A stretch of DNA of 64,000 nt from Rhodospirillaceae bacterium (GCA_002721365.1 PBKC01000011.1:38029-102028), one strand, 5' to 3'. Shown: positions 38,615 through 48,602, counted from the stretch's first letter. The notes: generated from the sequence alone by a model not told the origin. Translations and numbers: made by a program.

Positions 38615-39427
38615 TCAGCCCTTGACCGCGCCGGCGGTGAGGCCGGAGACGATGCGCCGCTGGAACAGGAGGACGAGCAGGATCAGCGGCAAGGTCACCG
38701 TAACCGACGCCGCCATCATGTGGCCCCAGGGGATTTCGTACTGGCTCTGGCCACTGATCAGGGCGATCGCCACAGGCACCGTCCGCACCTTGTCGCTCAA
38801 CGTGAAGGTCAGCGCGAACAGGAACTCGTTCCACGCCACCAGGAAGGCAAGCAGCCCGGTACTGGCCAGCGCCGGCGCCATCAGCGGCAGGAAGATGCGG
38901 GTCACCACGGTGAAGCTGCCGGCCCCGTCGATGATCGCTGCCTCCTCGATCTCTCGCGGCAGGTCGCGCATGAACACGGTCAGCACCCAGACCGAGAACG
39001 GCAGGGTGAAAATCATGTAGGAGAAGATCAGCGCCCACAGGCTGTTGTAGAGGCCGAGCGCGGCGATCAGTTCGAACAGGCCGGAAAGGACGGCGACCTG
39101 CGGGAACATCGACACCGCGAGGATCACCATCAGCAGCAAGCCCCGACCGCGGAACGCCACCCGGCCCAGCGCGTAGGCGGCACCCACGGCCAGAGTGAGA
39201 GCGAGCGCGACCGTTCCGCCGGCCACCAGCAACGAATTCAGGATGTTCCGGCCGAAGGGCTGCGCCGCGAAGATCTCGCCATAGTTCCTGAGTGTCGCGC
39301 CGCTCGGCAGCAGGTCGGCGTCGAACAGGGCCGTCCCGGTCTCGAGCGACGAGACGATCGCCCAGTAGAACGGGAACAGGCTGAACAGCAGGATCAGCCC
39401 GACCGCGAGCCACAGGCCGGGCCTCAC
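38615..39427 (-). CDS. carbohydrate ABC transporter permease
   Basis: The EAA loop is EAAIIDGAGSFTVVTRIFLP. GTG at 39427 overlaps the upstream stop; the track start at 39472 is an alternative. Confidence 0.85.
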   Translation of the reverse strand: MRPGLWLAVGLILLFSLFPFYWAIVSSLETGTALFDADLLPSGATLRNYGEIFAAQPFGRNILNSLLVAGGTVALALTLAVGAAYALGRVAFRGRGLLLMVILAVSMFPQVAVLSGLFELIAALGLYNSLWALIFSYMIFTLPFSVWVLTVFMRDLPREIEEAAIIDGAGSFTVVTRIFLPLMAPALASTGLLAFLVAWNEFLFALTFTLSDKVRTVPVAIALISGQSQYEIPWGHMMAASVTVTLPLILLVLLFQRRIVSGLTAGAVKG

Positions 39428-40326
39428 CGCCCACCCTCCGCACCGAGACGCACCCGCCCCGCCATCAGCCACAGCACGGTGACCAACCCGACGATCAGGA
39501 CGATCAGCACCGAGGCCGCCGAGCCATAGCCGAGGTCGCCGAAGTTCACCATCTGCTGGCGCGCGAACACCGACATCGAGGCCGTGTCGCGGCTGTTGCT
39601 GGTCATCACGTAGATCAGGTCGAAGACCCGGAGGGCATCGAGAGTGCGGAAGATCACCGCCACCAGCAGCACCGGCCAGACCAGCGGCAGGGTGATGCGG
39701 AAGAAGACCTTCACCGGATGCACCCCGTCGACCCGCGCCGCCTCATAGATGTCGTCCGGGATCATCTGCAGCCCGGCGAGCACCAGGATCGCCATGAACG
39801 GCGTCGTCTTCCACACGTCGGTCATGACGACCGCCGCCATGGCGAGGTCGGGATCGGCGAGCCAGGCGACGGGCCCGTCGATCAGCCCGAGCCCCGCAAG
39901 CCCGGCATTGATGACGCCGTAGAGGTCGTTGAACATCCACGCCCACATCTTGGCCGAAACGACCAGCGGGATCGCCCATGGCACCAGCACGGCGGCCCGC
40001 ACCAGCCCACGGCCGGTAAAGCGGGCGTTGAGGACCAGGGCGATGCCGATCCCCAGCACCGTCTCCAGCGTCACCGAGCAGGCGGCGAAGACCACGGTGT
40101 TCCACACCGCGCCCCACCATTCGCCGTCGCCCGCCAGCAGCAGGTAGTTATCGAGGCCGATGAAGGACGCTTCGGCGGCGCGGCCGAGATAGGCGTCGCT
40201 CAGGCTGAACCAGATCGTCCGGGCGAGCGGCCAACCGCCGACCACGGCGAGGACCAGCAGCGTCGGCGCGAGGTACACCCAGGCCTCCCGCCTTCGCCGC
40301 GCGGAGAGCGGACGGCTACCAGCCAT
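39424..40326 (-). CDS. carbohydrate ABC transporter permease
   Basis: The EAA loop is EAARVDGVHPVKVFFRITLP. Six TM segments. Confidence 0.85.
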   Translation of the reverse strand: MAGSRPLSARRRREAWVYLAPTLLVLAVVGGWPLARTIWFSLSDAYLGRAAEASFIGLDNYLLLAGDGEWWGAVWNTVVFAACSVTLETVLGIGIALVLNARFTGRGLVRAAVLVPWAIPLVVSAKMWAWMFNDLYGVINAGLAGLGLIDGPVAWLADPDLAMAAVVMTDVWKTTPFMAILVLAGLQMIPDDIYEAARVDGVHPVKVFFRITLPLVWPVLLVAVIFRTLDALRVFDLIYVMTSNSRDTASMSVFARQQMVNFGDLGYGSAASVLIVLIVGLVTVLWLMAGRVRLGAEGGR

Positions 40327-41581
40327 CGCCGCGCATCCGCCTCAGCCGCTCCGCCAGATCGGCGAGCGCAGCAGCGGGTTCCGTATCGCCTGCAAGAACT
40401 TCGTATACGGAATTCCAAAAGGCATTGCTGACCCGATTGTACTTCACGCCGGTGACGCCTGAGGGGCGCGACACGGCAGTTTCGAAGGCCTGCCCCAAGG
40501 TCGCATAGAAGGGATTGGCGGCCAGCACCTCCGCATCCTCGTAGAGTGATCTGATCGTCGGGTTGAACGACGCCTCGATCGCCCGTCGCTTCTGCTCCTC
40601 CGCCGAGGTCAGGTAGAGGACGAGGTCCACTGCCTCCGCCTTGTGGCGCGAGAATCGGGACACCGCCAGTTGCGCGCCGCCCATGGCGCCTGCCGACCGG
40701 CCCGCCGGCCCGTGGGGAAGGACGGTCACGCCGACCTTGCCGGCGACCGGACTCCCCTCTCCGTTCGCGAGCGCCCAGGCATAGGGCCAGTTCCGCATGA
40801 AGACGGCCCGGCCGGACTGGAAGACGCCGCGGGCCTCCTCCTCCGCATAGTTGAGAACGCCTTCGGGCGCGATGGTGCCGATCCAGGACCCGGCCTCGTC
40901 GAACGCCGCGGCGGCGGAAGAGTTCTCGATCGTCACCGCGCCGTCGGCATCGACGATCGTTCCGCCGCCGAACGACGCCACCCATTCGAGAGCATTGCAG
41001 GTGAGCCCCTCATAGGCGCGGGCCTGAAAGACCCAGCCCCACATGTCGCGACCTGCGTCCCGCTCCCCAGCCATGATCTCGGCCGCCGTCCGGTGAAGGT
41101 CGGCCCAGGTTTCCGGCACCGGCTTTCCATACCGTTCCAAGAGGTCGCGCCGGTAATAGAGGAGCCCGATGTCGATGAACCACGGCATGGCGACGAGGCG
41201 CCCGCCGACGGTGTCGTTGGCAATCGCCGCAGGGAAATGAGCGGCCTTCGCCGCATCCGGAACGTAGGGCGTCAGGTCCTCGAAGGCGTAGCCGAGGATG
41301 CCCGGCCAGACGACGTCGATCTGGAAAACGTCGATGTCGGGCGAGCGGGCTGCGAGAATCTGCTGATAGAGGGCGAGGCGCTGGTTGGCGTCGTTCGGCG
41401 TCGAGACGATTTCGACGGTGTTTCCGGTTTCGGCCGCCCAGCGCTCGGCGGCCGACCGGCAGAACTCCATCTCCTGCCCGATGGCGCCGCAGGAGATGGC
41501 GATCTCAGCCGCTCGCACCGCAAGCGGCGACACAGCCAGCCATAGTCCCAGAAGCCGCGATATCGTCCGTCCTGCCGCCAT
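40316..41581 (-). CDS. extracellular solute-binding protein (sugar ABC)
   Basis: A signal peptide ends in AVRA. 421 aa. It is the first gene of a four-gene operon. Confidence 0.8.
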   Translation of the reverse strand: MAAGRTISRLLGLWLAVSPLAVRAAEIAISCGAIGQEMEFCRSAAERWAAETGNTVEIVSTPNDANQRLALYQQILAARSPDIDVFQIDVVWPGILGYAFEDLTPYVPDAAKAAHFPAAIANDTVGGRLVAMPWFIDIGLLYYRRDLLERYGKPVPETWADLHRTAAEIMAGERDAGRDMWGWVFQARAYEGLTCNALEWVASFGGGTIVDADGAVTIENSSAAAAFDEAGSWIGTIAPEGVLNYAEEEARGVFQSGRAVFMRNWPYAWALANGEGSPVAGKVGVTVLPHGPAGRSAGAMGGAQLAVSRFSRHKAEAVDLVLYLTSAEEQKRRAIEASFNPTIRSLYEDAEVLAANPFYATLGQAFETAVSRPSGVTGVKYNRVSNAFWNSVYEVLAGDTEPAAALADLAERLRRMRGDGW

Positions 41582-41656
41582 CGCCTGAACAGACTAGGCG
41601 ATGCAGGCGACGACGGGAACGGCTCACCGCCGCTCCGTCGTCTTCACTTACAAACC

Positions 41657-41736
41657 GTCGTTCCTGCGGAGGCGGGAACCCATATCCGGCGGCGGTCTCA
41701 CGCGCCTCTGGATGCCCGCCTGCGCGGGCATGACGG
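41657..41736. repeat. composite palindromic intergenic repeat, family 2
   Basis: CGTCGTTCCTGCGGAGGCGGGAACCC...CTGGATGCCCGCCTGCGCGGGCATGACGG. Confidence 0.75.
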
Positions 41737-41772
41737 TTGATGGGTCAACGTCGCAGCGGCAGCAGGCCTTCC

Positions 41773-42516
41773 CTAAGCCCAGTAAGGGATCTTGTCGTAG
41801 TGGCGGTAGAGGCGTTCTTCGAAGCTGCGGTTGATGGCCATGTCGGAGTCGAATTCGGGGCAAGCCTTGATGCGATCACGCGTCAGGGTGGCGTGGACCT
41901 CCTGCGCCGACCAGTCCATCCGGTCTATCCATTGCGGCGCGACGAGAACCCGCTTGCCCGGCCACCAGTTGCGGGTGTCGATGAGCAGATAGCGGACCGA
42001 CCATCCTTCGGGGTCGAGCAGGAAGTCCTCGACATGGCCGATCGGGCCGTCGCTGGCGCTGACGTGATAGTCCTCCACCTCGCTCATGCTGCGGAGGTGC
42101 GGGTCACCGCCGTTCTTTTCTTCCGCCTCCCCCAGCGGCACACCGAAATCCCCGCGCTCGTCATTAATGGTGCCGGTCGCCTGGGCGGCGCCGGACCAAT
42201 AGGGCAGCCAGCCGTAATGGCCGTGCAGGGCTTCCTCGTGCTGCCGACTGACCGACTGATCGCTACCGACCGGCGGGCTGTTCTCGATCTGGCTTTTCGA
42301 TAGCGAGACCGGCAGATCTTCCTCGCCGTCGCGGGTCTCGCCGATCGAGGCCGGGACGATCAGGACCCGCCTGCCGCTCAGCCAGCCGCCCGTGTCGGCC
42401 ACCAGATAGCGGATCGTCCAGGTGGCATCGTCGAACAGGAAGTCGTCGACCTTTCCGATCTCGCCATCGGTTGCGTGCAGTCGCTGCCCACGCAGCGACG
42501 AAAATCTCCAGAACAT
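41773..42516 (-). CDS. tandem PRC-barrel domain protein
   Basis: ATG at 42516 follows AGGAGGGG. There are two copies of a G.IG.V.DF..D...W..RYL..DT..W pattern. Confidence 0.75.
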   Translation of the reverse strand: MFWRFSSLRGQRLHATDGEIGKVDDFLFDDATWTIRYLVADTGGWLSGRRVLIVPASIGETRDGEEDLPVSLSKSQIENSPPVGSDQSVSRQHEEALHGHYGWLPYWSGAAQATGTINDERGDFGVPLGEAEEKNGGDPHLRSMSEVEDYHVSASDGPIGHVEDFLLDPEGWSVRYLLIDTRNWWPGKRVLVAPQWIDRMDWSAQEVHATLTRDRIKACPEFDSDMAINRSFEERLYRHYDKIPYWA

Positions 42517-42720
42517 GAAGCCCCTCCTGTGGATCGAATGGCCGCCGCAAAACATGCGGCGTTGCCCGAGTTTCTAGGGTGGACAAACCTGATCGACATA
42601 TCGGCACGGGCCTCTCGGTCAACAACCATCCATACGAAGCACGGCCGCAACCCTTACCTGCGTAAGTGGTCTGGCTGGTAGCGGTCGCCCCGATCCGGTC
42701 CGGCCCGTAACGCGCTTGAT

Positions 42721-43497
42721 CTAGTCCATGCCCAGCAGGCGGTAGATGCGTCGCGTGTAGTCGCCGAAGGCCTCGTGGGTCTTCATGTCGAGGGTGCGCG
42801 GGGACGGAAGGTCGATAGGGAAGCTCGCGGCCATCCGTGCCGGGCCGGCGGTCAGCACCGCACAATGGGTGGCGAGGAACACCGCTTCCTGGATGCTGTG
42901 CGTCACGAGGACGATGGTCTTGCGGCTTTCCGACCAGATGCGGAGAAGCTCCAGGTTCATCTTCTCCCGCGTCAACGCATCGAGAGCGCCGAACGGTTCG
43001 TCCATCAGAATGAGGCGCGGATCGTGGATCAGGGCGCGTGCGATAGCCGCGCGCTGCTGCATGCCGCCGGACAGTTCGTAGGGGTATTTGTCCTCACAGC
43101 CGTCGAGCCCGACCATGTTGAGAAGATCGCGCGCCCGTTCGCGCGCCGCCCGCCGCGGCAGGCCCAGGATTTCCGCCGGCAACAGCACGTTGTCGAGGAT
43201 GCGTCGCCATTTGAGCAACAGCGCCTGCTGAAACACCATCCCGGTGTCGCGGGCCGTGTCGTAGGCGCCGGCTTCGCCGCCGATCTCGACCTTGCCCCCA
43301 TCGGCGGCGTGCAGGCCGGCAAGGATCTTGAGGACCGTCGTCTTGCCGCACCCGGACGGGCCGACCAGCGAGACGAGCGCGCCTTCCTGGATATCGAGGG
43401 TAACGTCCGAGACGGCGAGAAACGTCTCGCCGCGCGTCTGGTATTCCTTGCGGACGCCGTCGAGACGGATGAAGGGAACGGGTGTGTCGGCGGTCAT
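42721..43497 (-). CDS. ABC transporter ATP-binding protein (NitT/TauT family)
   Basis: The start is MTADTPVPFIRLDGV at 43497, an ATGA overlap with the permease stop. Motifs: GPSGCGKTT, LSGGMQQRAAIARAL, ILMDEPFGALD. The 514-aa track ORF is an in-frame upstream extension. Confidence 0.9.
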   Translation of the reverse strand: MTADTPVPFIRLDGVRKEYQTRGETFLAVSDVTLDIQEGALVSLVGPSGCGKTTVLKILAGLHAADGGKVEIGGEAGAYDTARDTGMVFQQALLLKWRRILDNVLLPAEILGLPRRAARERARDLLNMVGLDGCEDKYPYELSGGMQQRAAIARALIHDPRLILMDEPFGALDALTREKMNLELLRIWSESRKTIVLVTHSIQEAVFLATHCAVLTAGPARMAASFPIDLPSPRTLDMKTHEAFGDYTRRIYRLLGMD

Positions 43498-44255
43498 CAC
43501 CGCACACGCGCGTCCTGAACGATCAGCGATCGTTCGAGCCACAGCACGAGCGCGTAGAGAACGACGCCCACCAGGGTAATCAGCAGCACCGACATGAACA
43601 TCGCCGCAGTGTCGAGCGTCACCTGGACCTGCAGCATCAGGTAGCCGAGGCCGCGATCGGAGGCGATGAACTCGCCGACGATGGCGCCGGCGACGGCCAG
43701 GATCGCTCCGACCTTCATGCCGGCGAAGACATAGGGGAGAGCCCCCGGAAGCTGGATCTTGGTGAAAATCTGCCAACGCGAGCCACGGAGCGCGCGAACG
43801 AGATCGATCAGCTCCGGCTCGACCTCCTTCAGGCCGCGCGCGGTGGTCAACAAAATCGGCAGGAAACAGAGCGAGAAGACGATCAGGATGTTCGAACCGA
43901 TCCCATAGCTGAACCAGACGATGAACAGCGGCCCCAGCGCCACCTTCGGAATCATGTTGAGGCTGACGAGCAGCGGCATGAACGCGGCGTTCAACGTGGC
44001 GGACCAGGAGAAGATCAACGCGAGGCCGACACCCACCACGACGCCGAGAGCATATCCACCGAAGACCTCCGCCCCCGTCACCAGGGTGTTGTTCACCCAG
44101 TCGTAGTTCGCCTGGCCGAGGGATGCGATCGTCTCGACCGGCGAAGGCATGATGTATTTGGGCACGTCCCCAAGGGCCACGAACAACCACCACACGGCTA
44201 TCAGGGCCACATGCGACAGAATCGCAAGCCAATGCCGGCGCAGGAAAGCTATCAT
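43497..44255 (-). CDS. ABC transporter permease (NitT/TauT family)
   Basis: 252 aa with six hydrophobic segments. Confidence 0.85.
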   Translation of the reverse strand: MIAFLRRHWLAILSHVALIAVWWLFVALGDVPKYIMPSPVETIASLGQANYDWVNNTLVTGAEVFGGYALGVVVGVGLALIFSWSATLNAAFMPLLVSLNMIPKVALGPLFIVWFSYGIGSNILIVFSLCFLPILLTTARGLKEVEPELIDLVRALRGSRWQIFTKIQLPGALPYVFAGMKVGAILAVAGAIVGEFIASDRGLGYLMLQVQVTLDTAAMFMSVLLITLVGVVLYALVLWLERSLIVQDARVR

Positions 44256-44437
44256 CCCGGACCATCCCCCCTTTCTCGGCCGGGTTGCCTCCCGGCGTTT
44301 ACGCGATGTTTGTCATCGCCACGTTATTGTTCGACTGACATTTGATACCGGCCTTACGTACGCTGGCCAAGACCGTGTCGAGTCGCTGTGTGGTCCGGCG
44401 ACCGAAAAATGGAACCCGAAATCCCAGCCACGATCCG

Positions 44438-45484
44438 ATGACCCAAGCCGACATCCCCTCCAGCCGCCAGCACCGCTCTCGGCCGCCGGTCAAGTTCGTC
44501 CAGATCGAACCGACGACCCGCTGCAACTACACTTGCGGTTTCTGCGTCGGTCGGCAGATGGAACAGGCTGATCTCCCTGTCGATACCTTCTGGACCGTCC
44601 TCGACTCCTTTCCCGAAATCGAACACATCGAGTTGCAGGGCGAAGGCGAGCCGCTGCTCAACAAGGACTTCATGCGCATGGCGCGTGCGGCCACGGACCG
44701 CGGCATCCGGGTCTCGATCATCACCAATGGCAGCCTGCTCACCGACAGCGCCGTCGAGGGGCTGATCGATGCACGGGTGGCGGCCGTCCGCGTTTCGATC
44801 GAGTCCGCCGATCCCGATACGTTCAAGCGGATCAGGGGCGGGCGTCTCGACAAGGTCATCGCGGGGATCGAACGGCTTCTCGCGGCCAAGGCGGCGCGCG
44901 CTACGCCTTACCCGACCGTCGGATTCCAGGTCACGGTGCTCAAGGAAACCGTCGATGCCCTGGAAGGCATCGCCGCCCTTCACGACCGGCTTGGCATGGA
45001 CGGCGGCATCGGCACGCAGCCGCTCAGCAGCATGCCCACTTACCGCAGCGTCTACGACACGGCGATGAACGAGCAGCGCCTGGACCGCGACTCCTATACC
45101 CGGCTCAGGATCGCCAGGCAGGCCCCGCGCATTCAGGAACTGATGCAGATGGCACAGCAGGTCGGACATTTCTATACCGAGCTCAGCCGCGCTTTTCCCA
45201 GTGCGCATGGATGCCCTTGGGTGAAGGGCGGGCTCTACATCGACCGCAACGGCAACGCGACGAGCTGTTGCATGGTCAAGGACCCGACGCGCTACGGGAT
45301 GGGGCGAATGGGCACCGATTCGCCGGAGCAGATCCTCGGCTACCGTCATCGGCTCGATGCGGTGTTGCGGGACGAGATGATTCCCGAGCAATGCAACGGC
45401 TGTGCTTATATCGCGCCGATGGTCCGCCGTAAGCTCGCCGAGAAACAGGCCGTACGGTCGGGTCCCGAGCCCGAAAGGGACTGA
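44438..45484 (+). CDS. radical SAM enzyme with C-terminal SPASM/twitch-like Cys cluster
   Basis: The CX3CX2C motif is CNYTCGFC. The C-terminal cysteines are CPWVKGG...SCCMVKD...CNGC. The start is ATG 44438; the track start at 44342 is an alternative. Confidence 0.8.
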   Translation: MTQADIPSSRQHRSRPPVKFVQIEPTTRCNYTCGFCVGRQMEQADLPVDTFWTVLDSFPEIEHIELQGEGEPLLNKDFMRMARAATDRGIRVSIITNGSLLTDSAVEGLIDARVAAVRVSIESADPDTFKRIRGGRLDKVIAGIERLLAAKAARATPYPTVGFQVTVLKETVDALEGIAALHDRLGMDGGIGTQPLSSMPTYRSVYDTAMNEQRLDRDSYTRLRIARQAPRIQELMQMAQQVGHFYTELSRAFPSAHGCPWVKGGLYIDRNGNATSCCMVKDPTRYGMGRMGTDSPEQILGYRHRLDAVLRDEMIPEQCNGCAYIAPMVRRKLAEKQAVRSGPEPERD

Positions 45485-45601
45485 TCGCTCGCACCCCTGC
45501 CCCGCGCAGGTTTGAGTTGCGCCCACAGGACACCGAAGCTATCGGTTGGCACGGCCCAGCGCCGCCCCTACACGGACAAGACCATAGCGGAGAGATACAA
45601 G

Positions 45602-46369
45602 ATGGATTTCGCCAAGGCCCATGCGGTGATCAGCGGCGGCGCTTCGGGACTGGGAGCCGCCACCGCCGAGGCGGTCATCAAAGCCGGCGGCAAGGCCACG
45701 CTGCTCGACCGCGATGTCGAGCGCGGACAAGCGCGCGCAAAGGCGCTGGGTGAGAATGCCCGCTTCCGTCAGGCGGACGTCACCAACGAAGGCGAGATCG
45801 AGAGCGCGGTCGCCGAGTCCGTCGCGGCCTTCGGCCCGCTGACCCTGGCGGTCAACTGCGCCGGCGTCGCCACGCCCGGTCGTATCGTCGGTCGCGAAGG
45901 GCCGCTGAAGCTCGACGTCTACAAGACCGTGATCATGATCAACCTGATCGGCACCTTCAATCTGCTGAAGAGCGCCGCCGCCGCGATGCAGACGAACGAG
46001 CCCGACGAGGACGGCGGCCGTGGCCTGATCGTCAACACCGCGTCGGTCGCCGCGTACGAAGGCCAGATCGGCCAAGCCGCCTATGCGTCGTCCAAGGGCG
46101 GCGTCGTGGGACTGACCCTGCCGGCCGCGCGCGAACTGGCCGGTTTCGGGGTACGTGTCGTCACCATTGCGCCGGGCCTGTTCATGACCCCGATGATGGC
46201 TGGTCTGCCCGAAAAGGTTCAGCAGTCGCTGGCCGAGAACACGCCCTTTCCGAAGCGCCTGGGCACCGCCGAAGAGTATGCGCAACTCGTCGGCGACATC
46301 TACCGCAACAATATGCTGAACGGTTGCGTGATCCGTCTCGACGGCGCGGTTCGGCTGGCGACGCGCTGA
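45602..46369 (+). CDS. SDR, 3-hydroxyacyl-CoA dehydrogenase type II-like
   Basis: [15 protein letters not shown] and [11 protein letters not shown] is at 45602. Confidence 0.85.
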   Translation: MDFAKAHAVISGGASGLGAATAEAVIKAGGKATLLDRDVERGQARAKALGENARFRQADVTNEGEIESAVAESVAAFGPLTLAVNCAGVATPGRIVGREGPLKLDVYKTVIMINLIGTFNLLKSAAAAMQTNEPDEDGGRGLIVNTASVAAYEGQIGQAAYASSKGGVVGLTLPAARELAGFGVRVVTIAPGLFMTPMMAGLPEKVQQSLAENTPFPKRLGTAEEYAQLVGDIYRNNMLNGCVIRLDGAVRLATR

Positions 46370-46413
46370 CCGGCCGGGGGGTGGGCCGAACGCCCGCCCC
46401 ATGCCCCGCTGAC

Positions 46414-47469
46414 ATGCCAGATTCACTGATCCATCCCTTCGCCGAACCGCCGGCCATCGGCGAAAGCGCTGCCGTGGCGACAGGTGTGCGATGGGTCCGC
46501 ATGCCCCTCCCCTTCGCGCTGAACCACATCAACCTGTGGATTCTCGACGATGGCCCCGGCCGGACGCTGGTCGACTGCGGCATCAAAAGCGACGAGACGC
46601 GCGCCGCGTGGGAGCGGATCTTCGAGGGTCCCGATCGCAGACCGATCGAACGGCTGATCGTCACCCATCACCACCCCGACCATATCGGCCTCGCGGGCTG
46701 GCTGGCCGAACGCTGGCGCTGCCCGCTTCTCATCAGCCGCGACGAGTGGATGATGGGACGACTCAACTCTCTCGACGATGATCCCGTTCGCGAGGAAGGG
46801 CGACGGCGCTTTTTCACCGCTCACGGCGCGAACGAAGCGTTGGTTTCCGCCCTCGTCGAGCTTTTCCGGGACTACGGGACTCTGATCGAACCCATTCCGT
46901 CCAGTTACCAGCGGCTGATCGAAGGCGACCGTCTTTCCATCGACCGACGCGAATGGCGTGTGATCGTCGGTACCGGCCATGCTCCGGAGCACGCCTGTCT
47001 CTATTGCGCGGAAACCGGCACGCTGATCGCTGGCGACCAGGTGCTGCCCCGAATATCGACCAACATCAGCGTCTGGGACGACGAGCCGGAAGCGGATCCG
47101 CTCGGCGAGTTCCTCGGCTCGCTGGACAAGCTCGCAACCTTGCCTGCCGAAACGTTCGTGCTTCCCTCGCACGGCTTGCCGTTCCACGGCCTTCACAAGC
47201 GCATAGCCGCGCTCAAGGCGCATCACGCCGACCGATTGACGGAAGCGCGAACCGCCTGCATGAAACCCAAGACCGCCGTCGAGATGATGCCGATCCTGTT
47301 CCCGCGAACGCTGGACCTGCATCAGCAGGGATTCGCGCTGGGGGAAACCCTCGCCCATCTCAACCATCTGGTTGCCCTGGGCGACCTGGAGCGGACTCTC
47401 GGCGACGACGGTATATATTCGTTCCAGACCACCGATGCAGGCCGAACCGGCAGCGCGCCGAACCGCTGA
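46414..47469 (+). CDS. MBL-fold metallo-hydrolase
   Basis: LIVTHHHPDHIG. ATG is at 46414. Confidence 0.8.
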   Translation: MPDSLIHPFAEPPAIGESAAVATGVRWVRMPLPFALNHINLWILDDGPGRTLVDCGIKSDETRAAWERIFEGPDRRPIERLIVTHHHPDHIGLAGWLAERWRCPLLISRDEWMMGRLNSLDDDPVREEGRRRFFTAHGANEALVSALVELFRDYGTLIEPIPSSYQRLIEGDRLSIDRREWRVIVGTGHAPEHACLYCAETGTLIAGDQVLPRISTNISVWDDEPEADPLGEFLGSLDKLATLPAETFVLPSHGLPFHGLHKRIAALKAHHADRLTEARTACMKPKTAVEMMPILFPRTLDLHQQGFALGETLAHLNHLVALGDLERTLGDDGIYSFQTTDAGRTGSAPNR

Positions 47470-47479
47470 GGAGAAGGGA

Positions 47480-48266
47480 ATGAGCAAGGAAGTTCTTCTT
47501 TCTATCGGGAATGGCGTCGCCTGGGTCCAACTGAACCGCCCCGATAAGCTGAACGCGATCGACGACACCCTCGCCGCGGGGCCTGCGTCGCGTCCTGTAT
47601 GCGGTCGAGGTCGATCCCGAGGTCCGCGCCGTGGTGATTCACGGCTCCGGCGGGCATTTCATGGCCGGCGGCGACATCGGCGTGTTCCAGGAGCGGATCG
47701 ACGACATTCACCGCACGGTCGTCGACATCACCCACGACTTCCATGGCGCCATCGTTTCGATGCGCCGCATGCCGAAGCCGATCATCGCCAGCGTCGAAGG
47801 TGCCGCCGCCGGGGCCGGCTTCAGCCTCGCCATGGCCTGCGACATGGTGATCGCCGGAGCGAGTTCGTTCTACACCCTCGCCTATACGCGGATCGGCGCC
47901 AGTCCCGACGGTTCCGGCACCTATTTCCTTCCGCGCATCGTCGGTATGAAGAAGGCGATGGAGCTCACCTATCTGGCCGACCGTTTCAACGCGGAAGAGG
48001 CCAAACGCCTGGGCCTCATCAACTTCGTCGTCCCCGACGACGCGCTTCAGGCCGAAACGGAAAAACTGGCGGCACGGTTGGCCTCGGGACCGACCCTCGC
48101 TTATGCGAAGGCCAAGGAACTGCTGAACGCCTCACTGGGCAATTCCCTGGAAACCCAGCTCGAAGCCGAGGCGCAAGGCATCGCCGCCTGCTCCCTTACC
48201 GAAGACTTCCGGAACGGCACCGCAGCTTTTCTCGCTAAGCAGAAGCCGACTTTCGAAGGCCGCTGA
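47480..48266 (+). pseudogene. enoyl-CoA hydratase/isomerase, interrupted by a +1 frameshift near 47578-47583
   Basis: The N-terminus MSKEVLLSIGNGVAWVQLNRPDKLNAIDDTLAAG lies in one frame. The continuation GLRRVLYAVEVDPEVRAVVIHGSGGHFMAGGDI...VEGAAAGAGFSLAMACD lies in the +1 frame. The junction falls in a GGGGCC run. Confidence 0.7.
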
Positions 48267-48433
48267 GGCCACCCCTTTCCCGACTGGGCATTCGCGGTCA
48301 CCGCGGGGCACTGCAAGGACTGCTTGCGGCGCCCCTAAACGCCCTCACCTGACCTTCTTCCATTTGCACCCTGCCTTGAGACAAGGCCGGACTGACCACA
48401 TTTATACTTCGATCGTTTTTTAGTTAACGCAAA

Positions 48434-48462
48434 GTAAATGAGAATATTTACTTCTCATTAAC
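48434..48462. promoter_or_regulatory. 11-bp inverted repeat GTAAATGAGAA-N7-TTCTCATTAAC in an AT-rich island (candidate operator)
   Basis: Seen directly; 10 of 11 positions are complementary. Confidence 0.3.
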
Positions 48463-48493
48463 TATATACAACCCCGCGAATAAATGTATTCGA

Positions 48494-48509
48494 CGTGACG
48501 TTCATCACA
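48494..48509. promoter_or_regulatory. CRP/FNR-family-like box cGTGA-N6-TCACA
   Basis: CGTGACGTTCATCACA compared with TGTGA-N6-TCACA (9 of 10 positions). It lies about 95-110 bp upstream of the small ORF at 48603. Confidence 0.3.
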
Positions 48510-48602
48510 GAACGCCGCGCTTGCGACGACTATCTTCTCCCACAGTTAGGCATGTGCAGATTTCGGAACGCCGCAAGGCCCCGGTGAAGGAGGAGAAGCA
48601 TC

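Noticed and set aside
42551-42574. EcfG-like promoter upstream of the PRC-barrel gene (GAAAC-N15-TGTT on the minus strand)
   Set aside because: The -35 has a mismatch and the spacer is one to two bases shorter than the N16/17 rule. This is too weak to call.
42721-44265. Single 514-aa ORF covering both the ABC ATPase and the permease region
   Set aside because: The N-terminal 255 residues are an out-of-frame reading of the permease gene, and the real permease is the 252-aa frame 43497..44255. The ATPase starts at the internal ATG at 43497 with an ATGA overlap.
44306-44338. 10-codon ORF (MFVIATLLFD) upstream of the radical-SAM gene as a RiPP precursor
   Set aside because: It has no SD and no Cys, Ser or Thr core typical of radical-SAM substrates, and it is too short to judge. 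It is mentioned only as a leader or uORF possibility.
45557-45572. TGGCACGGCCCAGCGC sigma-54-like motif upstream of the SDR gene
   Set aside because: The -12 GC is displaced by one base relative to the strict GG-N10-GC spacing, and there is no TTGC.
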